A program made the position numbers and the translations under genes. DNA of 64,000 nt, taken from assembly GCF_006345805.1 (NCBI RefSeq), contig NC_042999.1:80910001-80974000 (forward strand), given 5' to 3'. Positions 26,528-41,179 of the stretch are shown piece after piece. Within the stretch, counting starts at the first letter, position 1; every line of letters begins with the position of its first letter. The stretch comes from Octopus sinensis. Lineage: Eukaryota. The notes below the pieces were generated by a model. The model did not search any database, was not told where the DNA came from, and saw only the letters and a program-made list of their open reading frames with translations.

Positions 26528-26745
26528 AAGGCGGCCAGCTGGCAAAATTGTTAGCACGCCGGGCGAAACGCTTACCGGTATTTCGTCTGTCATTTTGTTC
26601 TGAGTTTAAATTCCGCCGAGGTCGACATTGCCTTTCATTATTTCGGGGTCGATAAATTACGTACCAGTGAAACACTCAGGTAGATGTAATCGGCAAGTCC
26701 CCTTCCCCAAATGTCAGACCTTGTGCGTTAGCAGCTGGTGGGACG
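26528..26745 (+). mobile_element. tRNA-derived SINE family B
   Basis: Head ggcggccagctggcaaaattgttagcacgccgggcgaaacgc and B-box-like ctgagtttaaattccgcc. Confidence 0.85.
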
Positions 26746-27139
26746 AAATTGGTATTTCAAGATTTCTAGGACAAAGATTTTCGATATTGGTGGTGGGGCC
26801 GGGATTAGGTGGGTGCTTCATGTGCAAACAAGTTTCTAACACCAAAGAGAAAGAATGAAAAGAAAAAAAAATTTAATAAATCCATTATTATTTAAATGCC
26901 AGTAATTTTAAAGTTGCATTTCAGTTGTGGTCAATATCTCATGTCAAAGTATGGTCTAATGTTCAATATATAGTATGTTAAATGCAGGTTAAAACATTGG
27001 TTCTTCTTCTTCAACAACGTTAGTTTAGATATATACAGTATTTTTTTCTCTCATAACTTTATAATAATGGAAATATTTCAATTTTTATTTGCTCTGAAAT
27101 GTTACTAACTTGTCTATAATAGCAAATATCGAACTTATT

Positions 27140-27770
27140 ACCCGACTAATAGAGAACAGTATGCGCCTGATGATATTCGAGATGCCAGTCGTTGGAATGC
27201 CGTCAGAAGCTCACTGCTCTCTGCCAGTCGGGCAATTCAGTCGGAGGAAGGCCTACAATAGCAATATATAAAAACTAGTAGACGGTAAGAGTGATTATAT
27301 TCTCGGGGAATCTCTTGGCTTCGATGAATATGAAATATTTTCGAAGACTTTCAGGCTAACTTCTAAAGATCCCTGACATGGGAGTGCTACCGCGGAACAC
27401 TGTCAGTTCAAGACAAACTCTTCAGGCACGGGAGTGCTGTCAGACAGGATTTCCGAGGTGCACGAAGATGGACGAAACCGTTCAGTATGTACTCGTGCAG
27501 TGTCAGAGTATTACTAAGATATGGAGGTATGGGACTATTGGTTGAATCCATTGTGTGGATCGTCTTACCACCCATCTTTAGCAAGGCAGTGCGGACATTG
27601 TTCCTCTGTCTAGTGGTCATGTGGTAGAGGAAAGGTTTCAAGAAAGACACTGTAATGGTAATAATTATTATTAAACTTCACTGAACAGTATAGATAGAAA
27701 CTGTTGCTTTTTGTTGCTTTTTTCCTCATATTTAACAACTGTCAAGACTTTTCAATAAATAAATAAATAG
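27140..27770 (+). mobile_element. Tx1-like LINE 3' fragment, decayed
   Basis: gacatgggagtgctaccgcgga...gacaaactcttcaggcacgg...gacgaaaccgttcagtatgtactcgtgcagtgtc is colinear with 25640-25770. Confidence 0.7.
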
Positions 27771-28714
27771 GCTTTCAGACAGACGATTGCTTGCGGGTGT
27801 ATGAGCTGCACGAAGAAAAACGAATTTTGGATCTCACATATATCTGTTTCGTGTTCACTTTTTGGCGGATTACACTAAATATTCAGATGTTGACGGTTAA
27901 ATTTTTCACTTCGCTACTGCACACCCATGCAATTAGATCAATATATTTCGGGATATTTTCTATCTACTTGTCTGCTAACTTTCTCTCTAGAAGTTTTGTA
28001 ACTTCATTTCAAAGTCTCTCTTTTTTTTTTATCATGTCAAATGATACCTGATCTCACACTTGGAGATAGATGGATCCCAGTGGGTTTAGATGTCTTGACA
28101 CTGCAGATTGTGACGCCGTTGCTAGCAATTTATTAGGAGATAGAAGAACACCAAATCACAGATCATATGACATAAATATTAGAAATTTGGAACAGAGATC
28201 AGAAATAAAATCCGGGAATGTCTTGCCGGTCGCTTAACCGTGTTATTGGTTACTATCAAGTTCCCTGCAAAATTTAATTTATAATGTTAAACGTATAAAT
28301 TGATCGATTTCTTAATCGTATTTTTTATAATCTTTCTTAATTGTACTGCTTCTATTTAGTAATCATGATATTAAAGCATAAACGTGTATTATTTACATGG
28401 AGGTGAAGCGATCTCATTAACAAATCAATGATTAGAGCGATATATAACACACTATTTAATCCGTATTATTTTTGATTATATGAGATACTGTCATTTAAGA
28501 TGCTACTATGGCTGGATTGAACACCCGAACACATACTTTGTTACATATGCTGTTAAATATAGAGCACTTTTTCGAAGCGATATTTCCAACAAAACATATG
28601 CAACGAAGAACATCCGACACAGGGACGGAATTCCATTTTACATGACTTCATACACTAAAATCAGAAATCCAATTGCACTATCCTTCCTTTCAAAGCAAGT
28701 TAATAGCAGAATAT

Positions 28715-28805
<91 letters not shown>

Positions 28806-29322
28806 CTAAGAAGGAATATATTCACAGACATGACAGAGTTGGAACCTACATACACTGTAAGCTATGCCAACATTATGGAATCACAACAGAAAAGAGATGG
28901 TATAGGCACACACCAGAAAAGGTCACAGAAAACGAGAAAGCAACCATACTCTGGGATATGCCCATACACACAGATAAAGAAATTAAGGCCAACAGACCAG
29001 ATATAGTTGTCAGAGATCATGAAGAAGAAAGTGCTTCATAATTGATGTATCAATACCGGCAGATGACAACGTGTCTAAAAGAAATGGAGAAACTTTCAAA
29101 ATACAAAGACCTGGAAATAGAGGTAACCAGAATGTGGAATCTAAAAACAGAAACAATCCCTATCATAGCAGGTGCATTAGGCATGATAAAAAAATATTCA
29201 GACAAATACATAACAAAAACACCAGGACTTACAAACACATAACATACAGAAAATTGCACTACTAGGCACTGCACACTTTCTACGCAGAACACTTTCCATA
29301 CAATAACCATCAGAGCATCACA
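28806..29322 (+). mobile_element. R4/Dong-like LINE 3' fragment (restriction-like endonuclease) inside an (AAT)n array
   Basis: LWDMPIHTDKEIKANRPDIVVRDHEE...KEMEKLSKYKDLEIEVTRMW...IQKIALLGTAH; (AAT)n on both sides (28718-28805 and 29323-29570). Confidence 0.9.
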
Positions 29323-29401
29323 GCTAATAATAATAATAAATAATAATAATAATAATAATAATAATATAATAATAATAATAATAAAATAATAATAATAATA
29401 A

Positions 29402-29474
<73 letters not shown>

Positions 29475-29499
29475 TAATAATAATAACAATAACAACAAC

Positions 29500-29572
<73 letters not shown>

Positions 29573-30869
29573 CCTAAACTTGTAAACACACATGTAAACA
29601 TACTATTATGTACGCATACACAGATAGAAAAACTTGTATACAGACACCGTTGTATACGCACCAACATACATATGTACACATAAACATATTTCCATTTATA
29701 CACATTTATATACATTCATGTTATAAGCACATGTTTTCAGCTTCGCCGTTATAGTCATCAACCTTCTTGTAATATAAATTCAAATTCACCGAGTTCAAGG
29801 AAATTGCTGCAAATTTCTGTTAACGAATATGGAACTAACATGACGTAAGATTTAAAAATAAGCCTTTATATCTCTACGGCATTTGTTTCCTATTCTAGTT
29901 ACATATAATCAACCAGAAAAGTAAAATACAGAATTTATTCAAATTTTATGGTTTCTTTTGTATCAAAAATATAATTAGTCTGCAAAGTAGGATATTTTCA
30001 TGTCTCCAAATCTCCTCTATATAGCAGTCTGTCTGACGTTCATTCGATTTTCACTCCAAAAATGAAACATTTGAATATAATTATGTATTAATTTGTAGAT
30101 TCATTTATCTGAAAATATTTCCATGTTTTCATGATTATCTTTTTGTTTCTAGAAAATAAATCTCCAATTATTTATGATATCATAACGGGACAAATTCTAC
30201 TTACACACATGTATGTATGTATGTATGTATGTATGTATGTATGTATGTATGTATGTATGTATGTATGCATGTATACAAACATACATACGCACATATATGA
30301 TTGTGCATATGCATATATATATGTGTGTGGTTATATGCATGTCAGTGTGTATGCTTGTGCATGTGAATTTGAGTACACGTAGATGTGTATATACAAGGAC
30401 ACACTGCATATACATGCTTATCTTTGTTTTTGCGGCCTGTTTCCCTGTGAACAGTGATATCCCATTTTAAAATCATTTCTGAAGAACGGCTACATTAGCA
30501 AGTAACGAATGAAAAAATACATAAATGTATGCGCGTTTGGATAGTATACACGAATGAGCTGTGACGCAATTTTCCCCAGTTCCTTTTAATGTTAGCAATG
30601 AAGATTAACTCATTAACCAGACACTCAAAGTTGAAAAGTACCTATGTATTGAACAACATTAACTCAAATTTGAAATGGAAAAACAGGCAACAATACTATT
30701 GTATAGATGCTTACCACGAATCTAGCACTTTGTTGGGAATCGTCCCTTCCATAACACTACTGAACGTATGATTTTATGAAGTGTTGTGTCTATTTTTATG
30801 TCTACAAGGTAATTACATACCTGGGATGTCGCTTTTCTTTATAAAATGAATTCAACTACATAATGATTC

Positions 30870-31085
30870 CGAATTCTGGCAGAAGGCCAGTAATCTCGGG
30901 GAGGCAAGTCAATTGCATTGGTCCCTGGACTCAACTAGTACATGTTTTATCGTCCGCGAAAGGAAGGAAGGCAAAGTCGACCACTGCAGAATTCGAACTC
31001 AGAACTCGAAGGATGAAATGCCGCTAAGCATTTTGGCTTGATAATGATTCTATGAGCGTGATAATGATTCTATCAGCTCGGTGTC
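30870..31085 (-). mobile_element. SINE family B remnant
   Basis: aaggcaaagtcgacc...gaattcgaactcagaac...ccgctaagcattt is the reverse complement of the family B body. Confidence 0.7.
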
Positions 31086-31854
31086 TTATTCAGACCACCT
31101 ATGAAAATCCATTTGATATCATATACACTAATGCTCATCATACTAATGTGCCTGAAATCCATTCCATCTTTAGAACAAGAAACGATATACATATAATTTG
31201 CCACGCAAGTAGCCTATTCATTACATGAGAAAATGGCTGACATTTTATTTTAAATTAGAGAAATGACTTCTAGTATATAATTTTATTTGTTTTTATATAT
31301 CCAGGGATTTAGCAATTTCTGCAAGGTAGAAAAAAGGTGAAACCCAATACATGAATATATTATTATATACTTTAGAAGTATCCAAATTGCCAAGATATAT
31401 CATACCCACATCGATTCCATGAACAAGAAGAAGGAAACCTAATGATTTAACTCTTAGTCAATTAACTACTACTATTTCAACTTATAATGATATTAAAATT
31501 TACGTCTTTTGCAACAATAAACGCTTCTATCGTGTCCAGTAGCTTGGGAAGTAAATTGATTCAATCGATCTAGATATCACTAATAAAGTCCAGTCAATTT
31601 CAAATTTTAAAATTTAACAGACCAGTTCTAAAATTAACACATTAGGAACATTATTTCCTGTATGTCATGTATTTATTCATCGTAGCCAATATTTGCCTTA
31701 TTTCTTCGATTTACTTAATGCGTTATCGGTGTTGGCTTGACTATTGTAATCATTCTTTACACGATAATTAAACATCTAGATCCACAGGACTCGTTAAATT
31801 CTTTATTGAGCAATATATATTATATATACTCCCATAATCGTAAAGGCTTCTTGT

Positions 31855-32030
31855 ATTACTTCCGGTTCCTTACGTTCTAAGTTCAAATTCTGCCAAGGAC
31901 AACTTTGCGTTTCATCCCCATAGTTTCGATAAAATAGGGGACCAGTCTAGTACTGCCACGCACGATATCGAACATCCAACCCCAGTAAAAAATCCTAGCC
32001 TTCTGCTTAGATGAAAAAATACTCTAGTTT
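31855..32030 (+). mobile_element. SINE family B remnant
   Basis: acgttctaagttcaaattctgccaagg...ctttgcgtttcatcc matches family B. Confidence 0.6.
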
Positions 32031-33877
32031 CCAAATTACTACTGTGTCTAGCAAAGATCCATGGTGAGAATATCAGAGTGCATGTATCAGACGTTGTGAA
32101 TCCATATCAAACTCCATGTGGTTTGCTTACAAGAAATCGCACGAGAATAACATTGTTTGATTTAGTGTATCAAAGGTCATATTAAACAGTGACGCTGCCT
32201 TCTTTGAAGACGACTTAATTTCAAGTGCGCCAGAGACATTTATTTTATGTCGTAGGTTAGCGACCACGTAGGTTTTACAGGTCAGTGACCAAATTGTTAC
32301 TCCATTTACTGGTGATAATAATACTATTTGTTGCAGAGATCCTCATAAATCTGTTTAATATTTAAGATTTGTATAGAATTATATCGTTGAAGTTCACGAG
32401 GATCTTTTAGTTGGTATTGTTACTAACATTGAAAATAGAATTGCGTTTGGAGTATATTCCCAATGCAAATGCTATTTGGATTGCTTGTGAATTTATCTTA
32501 AGTCTCCTACTAATATTCAGAGAAATATTATCACTATTTCCAACATAACCATTTCGAAAAAAGTTTGTATTACAAGAATGTAAAAATAAACATTGGATAA
32601 GAAAGTCGGTTAAGCCAAAACGGAAAATATACTTGTAAAACTTAATATTTTACCTATTTTCACAGTATAACGATATTATGTGTAACAACAACAAACACAA
32701 AAGGAACTAAAATAATATTATCAGTTTTTGTACGTAAACTTCTAAAGTTTCACAAAACATTAAATAGTTTCCCCTTCTCAGCTGCAGGTGTTCTTCACAA
32801 CATTTAATTTTGCTTCGTTATTATGGAAGGACTTGATGCTTTTTTATTGTATTCTATGACCCGTCGTAACGTTTCTATTTTCTTCTGGTCTTGGAGTGTT
32901 TCTTCTCCTAGGCTGCCTGCCTGCCACCCAACGCTAACGTGTACAGCCTACACGGGTTACTGGTTATTTGGAGGCGCCAGACACTCACCTTTTCTCAAAC
33001 ATCTCCTGTTGGTTTAGCGAAGGAGTCCGGCTTGCCCACTGTGACTAATGAATCATATCTACACCCGTTTTGAAATCAGAGTATTCCTCCTAGACAGACT
33101 GCCAATTAAGGCTCACGAGTGGCCAGTGACTCTTTTAAGTTCCTCTGCCCTTTGCTGGGCTTTGTTTTTAATCACGTGGCGTGTCGAAAATCACCCCCTC
33201 ACCAAGCAAGATTAGTGGGGTTACCGGTTTAGTCGCCGACGACTCGACTGTTTCACAACACCACATGTTAATCATTCTGTGTACTTATTGCTCATTATTA
33301 TAATTTTTGTATTACTACTATAATCCCTATCTTATTATTTACTTGTTCTCTACTATATTTTCACTATTATTACTGTAATTATATTATTACTAGAAAGCCG
33401 AGTTGTCCTAATATTGTCTCCTCCGATTTCTTTAGACAACGACTGATGGCAAATTCACGACTGAAAGACAATTCACGAGATTTTAGGCGTATCTACGTAA
33501 GTTGGGACTATCATAGCTAAGATATCGAAGCTTATACACATCTTACAGTTTTAATAAGCTGTATAGTATTCTATCTATACACCCTTCTTTGTATTTAAGA
33601 TATTATGTCTATAGACATAACAAGCTCAAAGTTTTAGTAAATATAGAAAGTACTAGAAAAAACTTACTCATTTGTGTGGGGAGCTGTTAATTGACCATGT
33701 CATCGTATGAATGATTTCTGCACCCATTGGAAGAAGAGGGAAAGGGGAAGGGAGAGAGATAGAGAGAGAGAGAGAAAGAGAGAAAGAGAGAGAGAAGGGG
33801 AAACGAAGAGGGAGGCATGTAAGCGTGCTAAAATTCCAGCGAGTGGACGAATTTATGTATAGAACTATATATCTTTA

Positions 33878-34140
33878 TGAAAGGACCTAGCTACCAGGAA
33901 ACAACAATGAAAGGACCTAGATACCAGGAAACAACAAAGTGGCAGAAATTCAAAAGATAATGCTCACAGAAACTATCCATATGCTACGTAAAATACAGCT
34001 TATGTAATCTCAAATTTTAAAACAACTCATAATTTTCTTATGTTTTTCTAAATATTCTGTAGAAAAATACGAAGTGGAAAACCAATATATAGCACCCTAC
34101 GCATAACACCAACATGAAACTTCTAACTTGTTGTCTCTTG
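33878..34140 (+). mobile_element. R4/Dong-like LINE extreme 3' fragment
   Basis: PGNNKVAEIQKIMLTETIHMLRK matches the C-terminal ..LQEVQKIVLTGTSHVLRR; 30-bp tandem duplication at its 5' edge. Confidence 0.6.
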
Positions 34141-34176
34141 AGTGAACTTGTACAAATACAAAGCAAATGTCAAACA

Positions 34177-34247
<71 letters not shown>

Positions 34248-34255
34248 TAATAATA

Positions 34256-35100
34256 ATCCCAAGTGTACAAAAAGGATGTAGGAAGAGTCCTCAGGGAACC
34301 AAGTATCACGTGGTCATCGGTAACATAGTGATGCATTGTAAAAATACCATACAAACATGCCTATGGCTTGGATTGACTGTAAGAAGGCATATGATACAAT
34401 GCCTCATTTATGGATCGTCGAATGCATGCATATGCTTGGTGTTGCTGACAGCATCACAAATTTTCTGATGCATAGCATGAAAGAGTGGTAAGCCAAATTC
34501 TACTCAAGTAATATAAACCTTGTAGAAATTATTATGAAAAGGGTAATCTTCCAGGGTGACTCGTCTTCTCCGTTACTATTTGTAATTGTACTAATGCCCA
34601 TAACAATAACACTTAGGAAAGTTAAGGTGGGTGAACGATGTGAGGAGAAAGGCCCATCGTTGATCCATTTTCTGTTTATGGATGACCTGAAATTGTTTGG
34701 GAAATCTGATAAGCAAATAGATTTCTTAAACAAAGCAATCCAGAGGACTAATTAGTATAGGAAACGGTATATAAAATGAAAGGAGAACGCTTAGCGAATA
34801 TTTGATAAATAGTGCTGAAGACCTGCTGCAATATGCCTCAAAAGATATGGGTATAAATGCAAATGACATGATGGCCAAGGCAGATTTAAACCAAAGAGCT
34901 GAGGAGATGTGATACCAGTGGTGATCAGTGCGTTGGAGTCAATCCCATTGAAACTTCAAAACTTCTTAAGGCAACTGGAAATCCCAAGCAAGATTGATGT
35001 CTAGCAAAAAGCAGCTTTATTGGGCACACTGAATATCTTAAGGAAAGTATTATCTGCCTGAGGTCCTTGTTGTGACTTGACAGATGACTAAAATCTCAAC
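34256..35100 (+). mobile_element. R4/Dong-like LINE fragment: RT core plus 3' end, internally deleted
   Basis: QKGCRK..., WID.KKAYD..PH.W, IFQGDSSSPLLFVI, HFLFMDDLKLFGKS; later QKAALLGTLNILRKVL. Starts directly after (AAT)n and ends in an (AAC/AAT)n tail. Confidence 0.88.
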
Positions 35101-35707
35101 AACAATAACAACAACAACAACAACGATAATAATAATAACGATGACATTGATAATGATGAAGACAACAATGATGATGATGATGATGGCAACAATGGTGATT
35201 ATTTATGACGATTATGATGATTGTAGGAATGAGGATGGGTGTTGCCCCAAATGCTCGTTATAGGTGGGTCAGTGCTTCAGATAATTCAAATTTAATATTA
35301 CACAAAGAGAACATAACGAACAAGTCGGAACGATATGATTAAAAGATATAAAACAAACAATCTTACAACGTACATTTAGATAACTTATGGAAAAATTAAA
35401 AATTATTTTCGCCCTTACGGAGAGTATTGAAATTCTCCAAAGCTGAGAATTTTAGTTATCAAAGCTAGAAGTGGAAACTGCATTGTGTTCCTATTTATTT
35501 CATAATGCTGGAATGAGATATAGTGATGGTAGTGATGTTGGTAATTGATAGCAATAATAGTATTATGGTTGTTAACACTGTTATAACAACAATAGTGCCG
35601 TTGACAATACCAATAGAGTATTCTTCTCAGATAGGAAATCTGATCTCTTTGTGGCTTCCGGAATTCGGCAACATTCCACGGCAGCGAAATAAGAAGACTA
35701 TGACGTA

Positions 35708-35771
<64 letters not shown>

Positions 35772-35847
35772 CTGTCTGTCTATATATGTGTGTCTGTGTA
35801 TATGTATGTATACATATATACATATACAGACACACGCAAGCACACAC

Positions 35848-35887
<40 letters not shown>

Positions 35888-37164
35888 GTACGAATACATG
35901 CATGCATACATACATACATACATATATACATACATACATACATACATACACACATACATATATCAGCAAGTTACTAAAAGACTTGCAGCAGACCAAAGAA
36001 GCTCCCGTGAATCCTGGAATTGCAGATATACGTTTGAAACGGAAAGACAAATATAGAATGAGGAATGCTATTAGCGCGTATTAGATGTATGACAAATTAA
36101 AGCATTACGCTTGTTAATTCTGTTTCCTATGTCAACATTTCAACAATTTCCTATACACTTTCATACAGATAACTATGAAAGATGGTTGTGAAAATAAATT
36201 ATGAGTCCTTTCAAAAAATTGAAGAACTAACCGAGTATACCGAACTTTATATGTAAATTAGAGCACGGAAAATTTATTCTATATATGGGAAGTTAATAAA
36301 ATTACCCTTATGGAAAATGTAAAAAAGCAGCCGATTTAACGAGAATGTTCGATAAAGCCGCTGGTTTAGTACACTAATGAGGAAATGTAATACAGGAGCA
36401 CGAAATATGCGCCTTCTCTAAATATACGGATACAAGGAAAGCTTAAGAGACTGAACATGAATAACGAAAAATTTGACGGATTACAAAATGTATTAAAATA
36501 TCATTTTTATACCACGTAATCCGTGCTTTCAACGCTTTTACATTATTAGTTGTATCATATGGTTTCGTGCTACTGAATTTCATTCTGGCACTACTAAATA
36601 CTGTAGATATTAATCAAAATACGTTATCAAAATAGAAGTTAAATACTGTACCATTGATAGGATGCACAACCACTGTGGAATCCCATTGACAATTTTAGAA
36701 CAAAAAATGAAACATGAAGAATCGCTACATTTGCAAGTCATAAGAAGGTACAAGACAGTCGTGACCTTTGCCGGATGCAATTTCAAAAGCCTCAAACTGC
36801 CTATGTCTATAGCGGAATAATTTTCAAATAAATTCACTTTAGACTTCTAAAAGATTAAGATTTATTCTAGCGAGGAGAATAAAAATGCTCATTCCTATGA
36901 TACACGTATCAACCATGTTCAACAGCCATAACAATAGCTTTCTGTATTTGACCAATTATTTGAAAAGTGCATATTCAATGTAGAAAATGTCTTTCTCTAA
37001 TATACAATCCTAGAAGTCTACTGAAGCCTGAATTTGGTAGAAGAAGAAAAATGATTTAGATATATTGAACCAAATAAACTCTGAATGATGTTTTGAGAGT
37101 ATTATACGTAATTTTGTTTCTCATTCTATTAAGGAGGACATGTATGTGGCCCAGATGGAGAGGT

Positions 37165-37660
37165 CGACAATGTATGTTAGGTCTTACTTTTTCCGTTTTC
37201 ATACATTGGGAACGAAACTCGAATAAAATCGTCCGTCTTAAAAAGAACAAATAAGACTTGTTGGATTTTCCTTGGACATGGCATGAAAAATCACCAATGT
37301 CTCAAAGGAGTGAGTATCGTGGAGTTTAGATACATCCAACAAACACTAAAGTTTTTCCTAAAATCCAGGGTTTTTATAACTGCTCAACTTGACTTAAAAG
37401 AATCGAAATCACATACATATATTCTTTAAGTAACTTTTATAATCTCTATATGAGCAGTTATATTAACCAATGGAAAAACGACAATAATATTTCTTCGGCA
37501 ATACGACATTACGTCATATTGCCAGCTAACACAAATTGGTGCGTTGTTTTAAAATGGCTAATTGCAACAGAGAGATCGACGTTATATGTTAGGTCTTACT
37601 TTTTCCGTTTTCATACATTGGGAACGAAACTCGAATAAAAGCGTCAGTCTTAAGAAGAAA
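37165..37660. repeat. Local direct repeat, about 90 bp twice, spaced 412 bp
   Basis: atgttaggtcttactttttccgttttcatacattgggaacgaaactcgaataaaa is identical at about 37174-37228 and 37586-37640, with diverged homologous flanks. Confidence 0.93.
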
Positions 37661-38329
37661 ACGCCTCCACGATTTTCTCTTCTCCGTAAAACTATTTGTC
37701 TCTTAGAATATTTTTTGTAGAACGATGCGCATTGGTTTATATCCGCAATAGGTTTGTTTCTCAGAGTATGTATAAATTTAATAGGTTTCGGTGGCAGAGG
37801 AAGAGGTTTCAAAATTTGTTAGAATATTATTCCTTTATAGTCATATATAGCCATTTGATGTGTAATGTACCCTTCTGATTTGGATTCTTTTCTGTTTTTG
37901 TTTGTGTTAATATTTTGTTTGTTTATAACAGAGCAGTGTAGTTGTCATATATTGTGCTACCACCACCTACACATCTAGTAGGTGAGTTCATATATAAATA
38001 TGAATGACAAAACTGGGTGCAAAATAAAAATGAAATACACAAGACAAACCTTACTTCGTCAATCCCTAGGCATATGATCCGGAGAACACAAATATTTCAA
38101 AGCTTTCGAGGGGTGAAATAATTTTTAAGATACTCCTTTTGCATGAAATTAAGCAAGCTAATAAAAAGATTCTGTGACATCAAAGAGAACAACCCACTCA
38201 TACCCAACAGCAAATAACAAATAAAAAAAGAGAAAATAATTTTCTCTCATCAATAACGCCTTCAAATATAAATAAATTGGTGAATTCGCAGTGAGTAACA
38301 GCAGAAAAGGAATCCAGAAATCCAACGGA

Positions 38330-38650
38330 ATTTATAAAATAGTTAAAAACTAAGCAAAAATGGCGCTACAGCATGTGATACTGAAGTGATTTCAAGTAAA
38401 TCTCTGAATGGACAAAGGAAAACTGAGGAAGAAAAAACGCAAAATTGCCGAGTAACATAACACTCAACGCGGAGAATGATAGGTTACTGAATGCGGCTCA
38501 AATTCAATGCTTTACTCAAGAAACTATCAAAAACATTTTAGGGAACTGAATATATTACATTAGATAATTGCAGAATATGTAGATGATGCAGAAACACTTA
38601 ACCACATCGTTTCCAGTTGCTTTATATAAATAAAATGTAGAATACATAAT
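38330..38650 (+). mobile_element. Possible very decayed R4/Dong-like C-terminal remnant
   Basis: Fragments DRLLNAAQIQCF and DAETLNHIVSSC resemble ..GFILAAQDQSL and ETVDHLISGC. Confidence 0.35.
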
Positions 38651-41179
38651 GGGTTTTGCATAAGAAGGTGTTAAACTGAGGTACGCTTGAATTGAAAATG
38701 ACATCAGTTCACCCGCTTTCGCCGGCGTTCCTTGTTCACACTTTAAAAGAATCTCTACACGTATTAGACTACTTAGCTCGTTGTGCAATCACAACTTCTC
38801 CACATCGGGATCGATGGGCGAATGACACTTATAGGTACGATTTATTTGGAGTTTTAATAGATTATAGGATTCGCCAGCCAACATTATGAGGCGCCAAGTA
38901 GTGATGGTATAAATATAAATCAAAAAAATATTAAACGACAAAGTCACAGTATTCTGCGATAGCTAAGCTACATATGCCCTGACATGAAGTTTAAGTAGCA
39001 ACATATTCCAGGAATCTAGCTCGATTGAAAATGTTTACTTATTAAAATATCATTCCAGCAAACGATAACATAATTCCAAAATCATTCAGAAATTTACTTA
39101 AATGAAAATATATGAGAAAAAAAGGAAATATCTGAACACATACATAATTTGAATAATAATATAATCTATGGGAATCATTAATCATTAAAAAAAGTAGGAA
39201 AACAAATATTTACATTAACAAAGTTTTAGGGAATATATACAATTTAAAGAAATTGTTTTGCTAGTTCTGCACGTTCATTACTTAGTGCATATTTACAAGA
39301 ATGAAAATTACAAGACGGAACAAATACAGTTTACCCGTATAATACAAATAAAGAAGCTGTTTAGTTTATTAAATAAATCATCGAATTAGATCTGAATTCG
39401 AATGTAGTCGCGCTCAGTTTTGCCTTTCATCTTTCTCACTTAATTATGCCAATTTTCAAAATAATTAAAACATTTCGTGGCATGCAGCTGAATTTCACGC
39501 ATTGTTCACCATTATCGAAAACGTTTTGCATGTATTAAAGATCACTCATTATCTTAAAGAGAAAACCAATGAAAAACTATATAATTATAAGGAAAAAATT
39601 AAAATATGTTTACAGGCAAACTAATAGATAGAGGAACATCTAATACACTTAAAACAGAATATGAAAAATGTCATTTATGTTATCAGTTACAGGAACAACA
39701 AACAACTGTAACGACAATAATAATATCTATCATATTAATTATGATCATACATATTGTTATATTATGCACAAGTATTTCCGGATTGATATTATTGATTGCA
39801 CCATCCCGTTATTTAAGCAGTTCTCATTTTATCTGCGCCGAAGTGGTGAAATTTAAACATTTAAAAATAATTTACTGCCACATAATTACGAATATATGAA
39901 TAATATTATATACATTATATACATTCATCTTATCTGTTGTTTCACTATGCTTCGTCTGTTGTACGCTCCAGACTTCTTCAGGTGTCTTGTGTTGAACACA
40001 ATTGTTGTATCGAAATTTCGATATCTAACGATCATTTCGTCCTCTGCGTTTAGTGACATTTTTTTCGTTTTAATTGATTTCGATTATGAATTTACCTTAC
40101 TGAATTGCCTGGGATTGGCCTCAGGACCCATAGTTGACCACATTAAATTAACCAACGACTTTGTCCACTACGTTATGCCCGTACGCATTGAGAAGCTGAA
40201 TTTTTAAGGTTTATAAACCTAAGGTGTAAGTAGTAATGTTGATACTACAATTGTGGAAATCTGCCCTTGACCTGCTTAGCAGGTTGTTATGTCCTTGTAT
40301 ATGCGCTACGCCTTAAGTTTTCTAGTTTTCCACTGATGCTCTTTATAATTTTGACTTCATCTCACAAAGTAGTCTCCATTTTTTCTCCAAACGTGATCAT
40401 CTGTACCTGACTTTAAGGGAGCGGCATGTATCTTTTTCGTATACCTTACTTTGCTGCACAAAGTAATTCAATAGAAGCTTTATGTACTAGGAGAGGACAA
40501 TCCATGTCTGCAATCATTTTATCGATGTCAAGCGGTGACTTAAGTAGATAAAACATAAGCCCTCGTGAAGTTTGGCTCTTCTCTGATGAGAAAAACTTGG
40601 GCTAAGACTAAAATTCAAGTAGACGAATTATCAGATGATTATGTGAATAATCATAATCTAATGAATGACATGATTATGTGAATATCCTTCTGATGTTCCC
40701 AGAGCTATGTACACAAGGTTTTTAGCAGCAGGTTTTCGGAATTCTGAGTAACGAGGATCATGACATGCCACCCCACATCATTCTATAAGGTCTTCGTTGC
40801 CGGAGACTATTGTAAGCTCTGGGTGAATGACGTATACAATAGGAAGTAGGTATATAGTAGGTCCTTACCAGCATGTACTAACCATCGTATGGCTTCCAAA
40901 CTCACACACTACTAAGAATGCTCTGGCATAATGACACCTCAATACCAACGTAAAGTAAACGATTTGCTCATTGTCACACCGACGCTATAGAATTAACAGT
41001 CAACATTAAATTCAGTAAATATCATAACACACTCCACATTTAACGAAAACCTGCTATAAGATTCTTTAAAATCTCTGCAAAAATTTCGTATGTTTTTTAT
41101 TAGATTAAATTACTGCATGAAATTAAGAATAATGTACATGATAAGTTGCAACGTAATAGTATCTCTCTTAAATATGAAG

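Noticed and set aside
28070-28237. 55-codon ORF MDPSGFRCLDTADCD...
   Set aside because: Length expected by chance; no motif or other support.
39900-40600. Possible decayed Penelope/GIY-YIG remnant on the minus strand
   Set aside because: Only vague similarity with no intact motif. The region 49560-50300 was likewise left unassigned.
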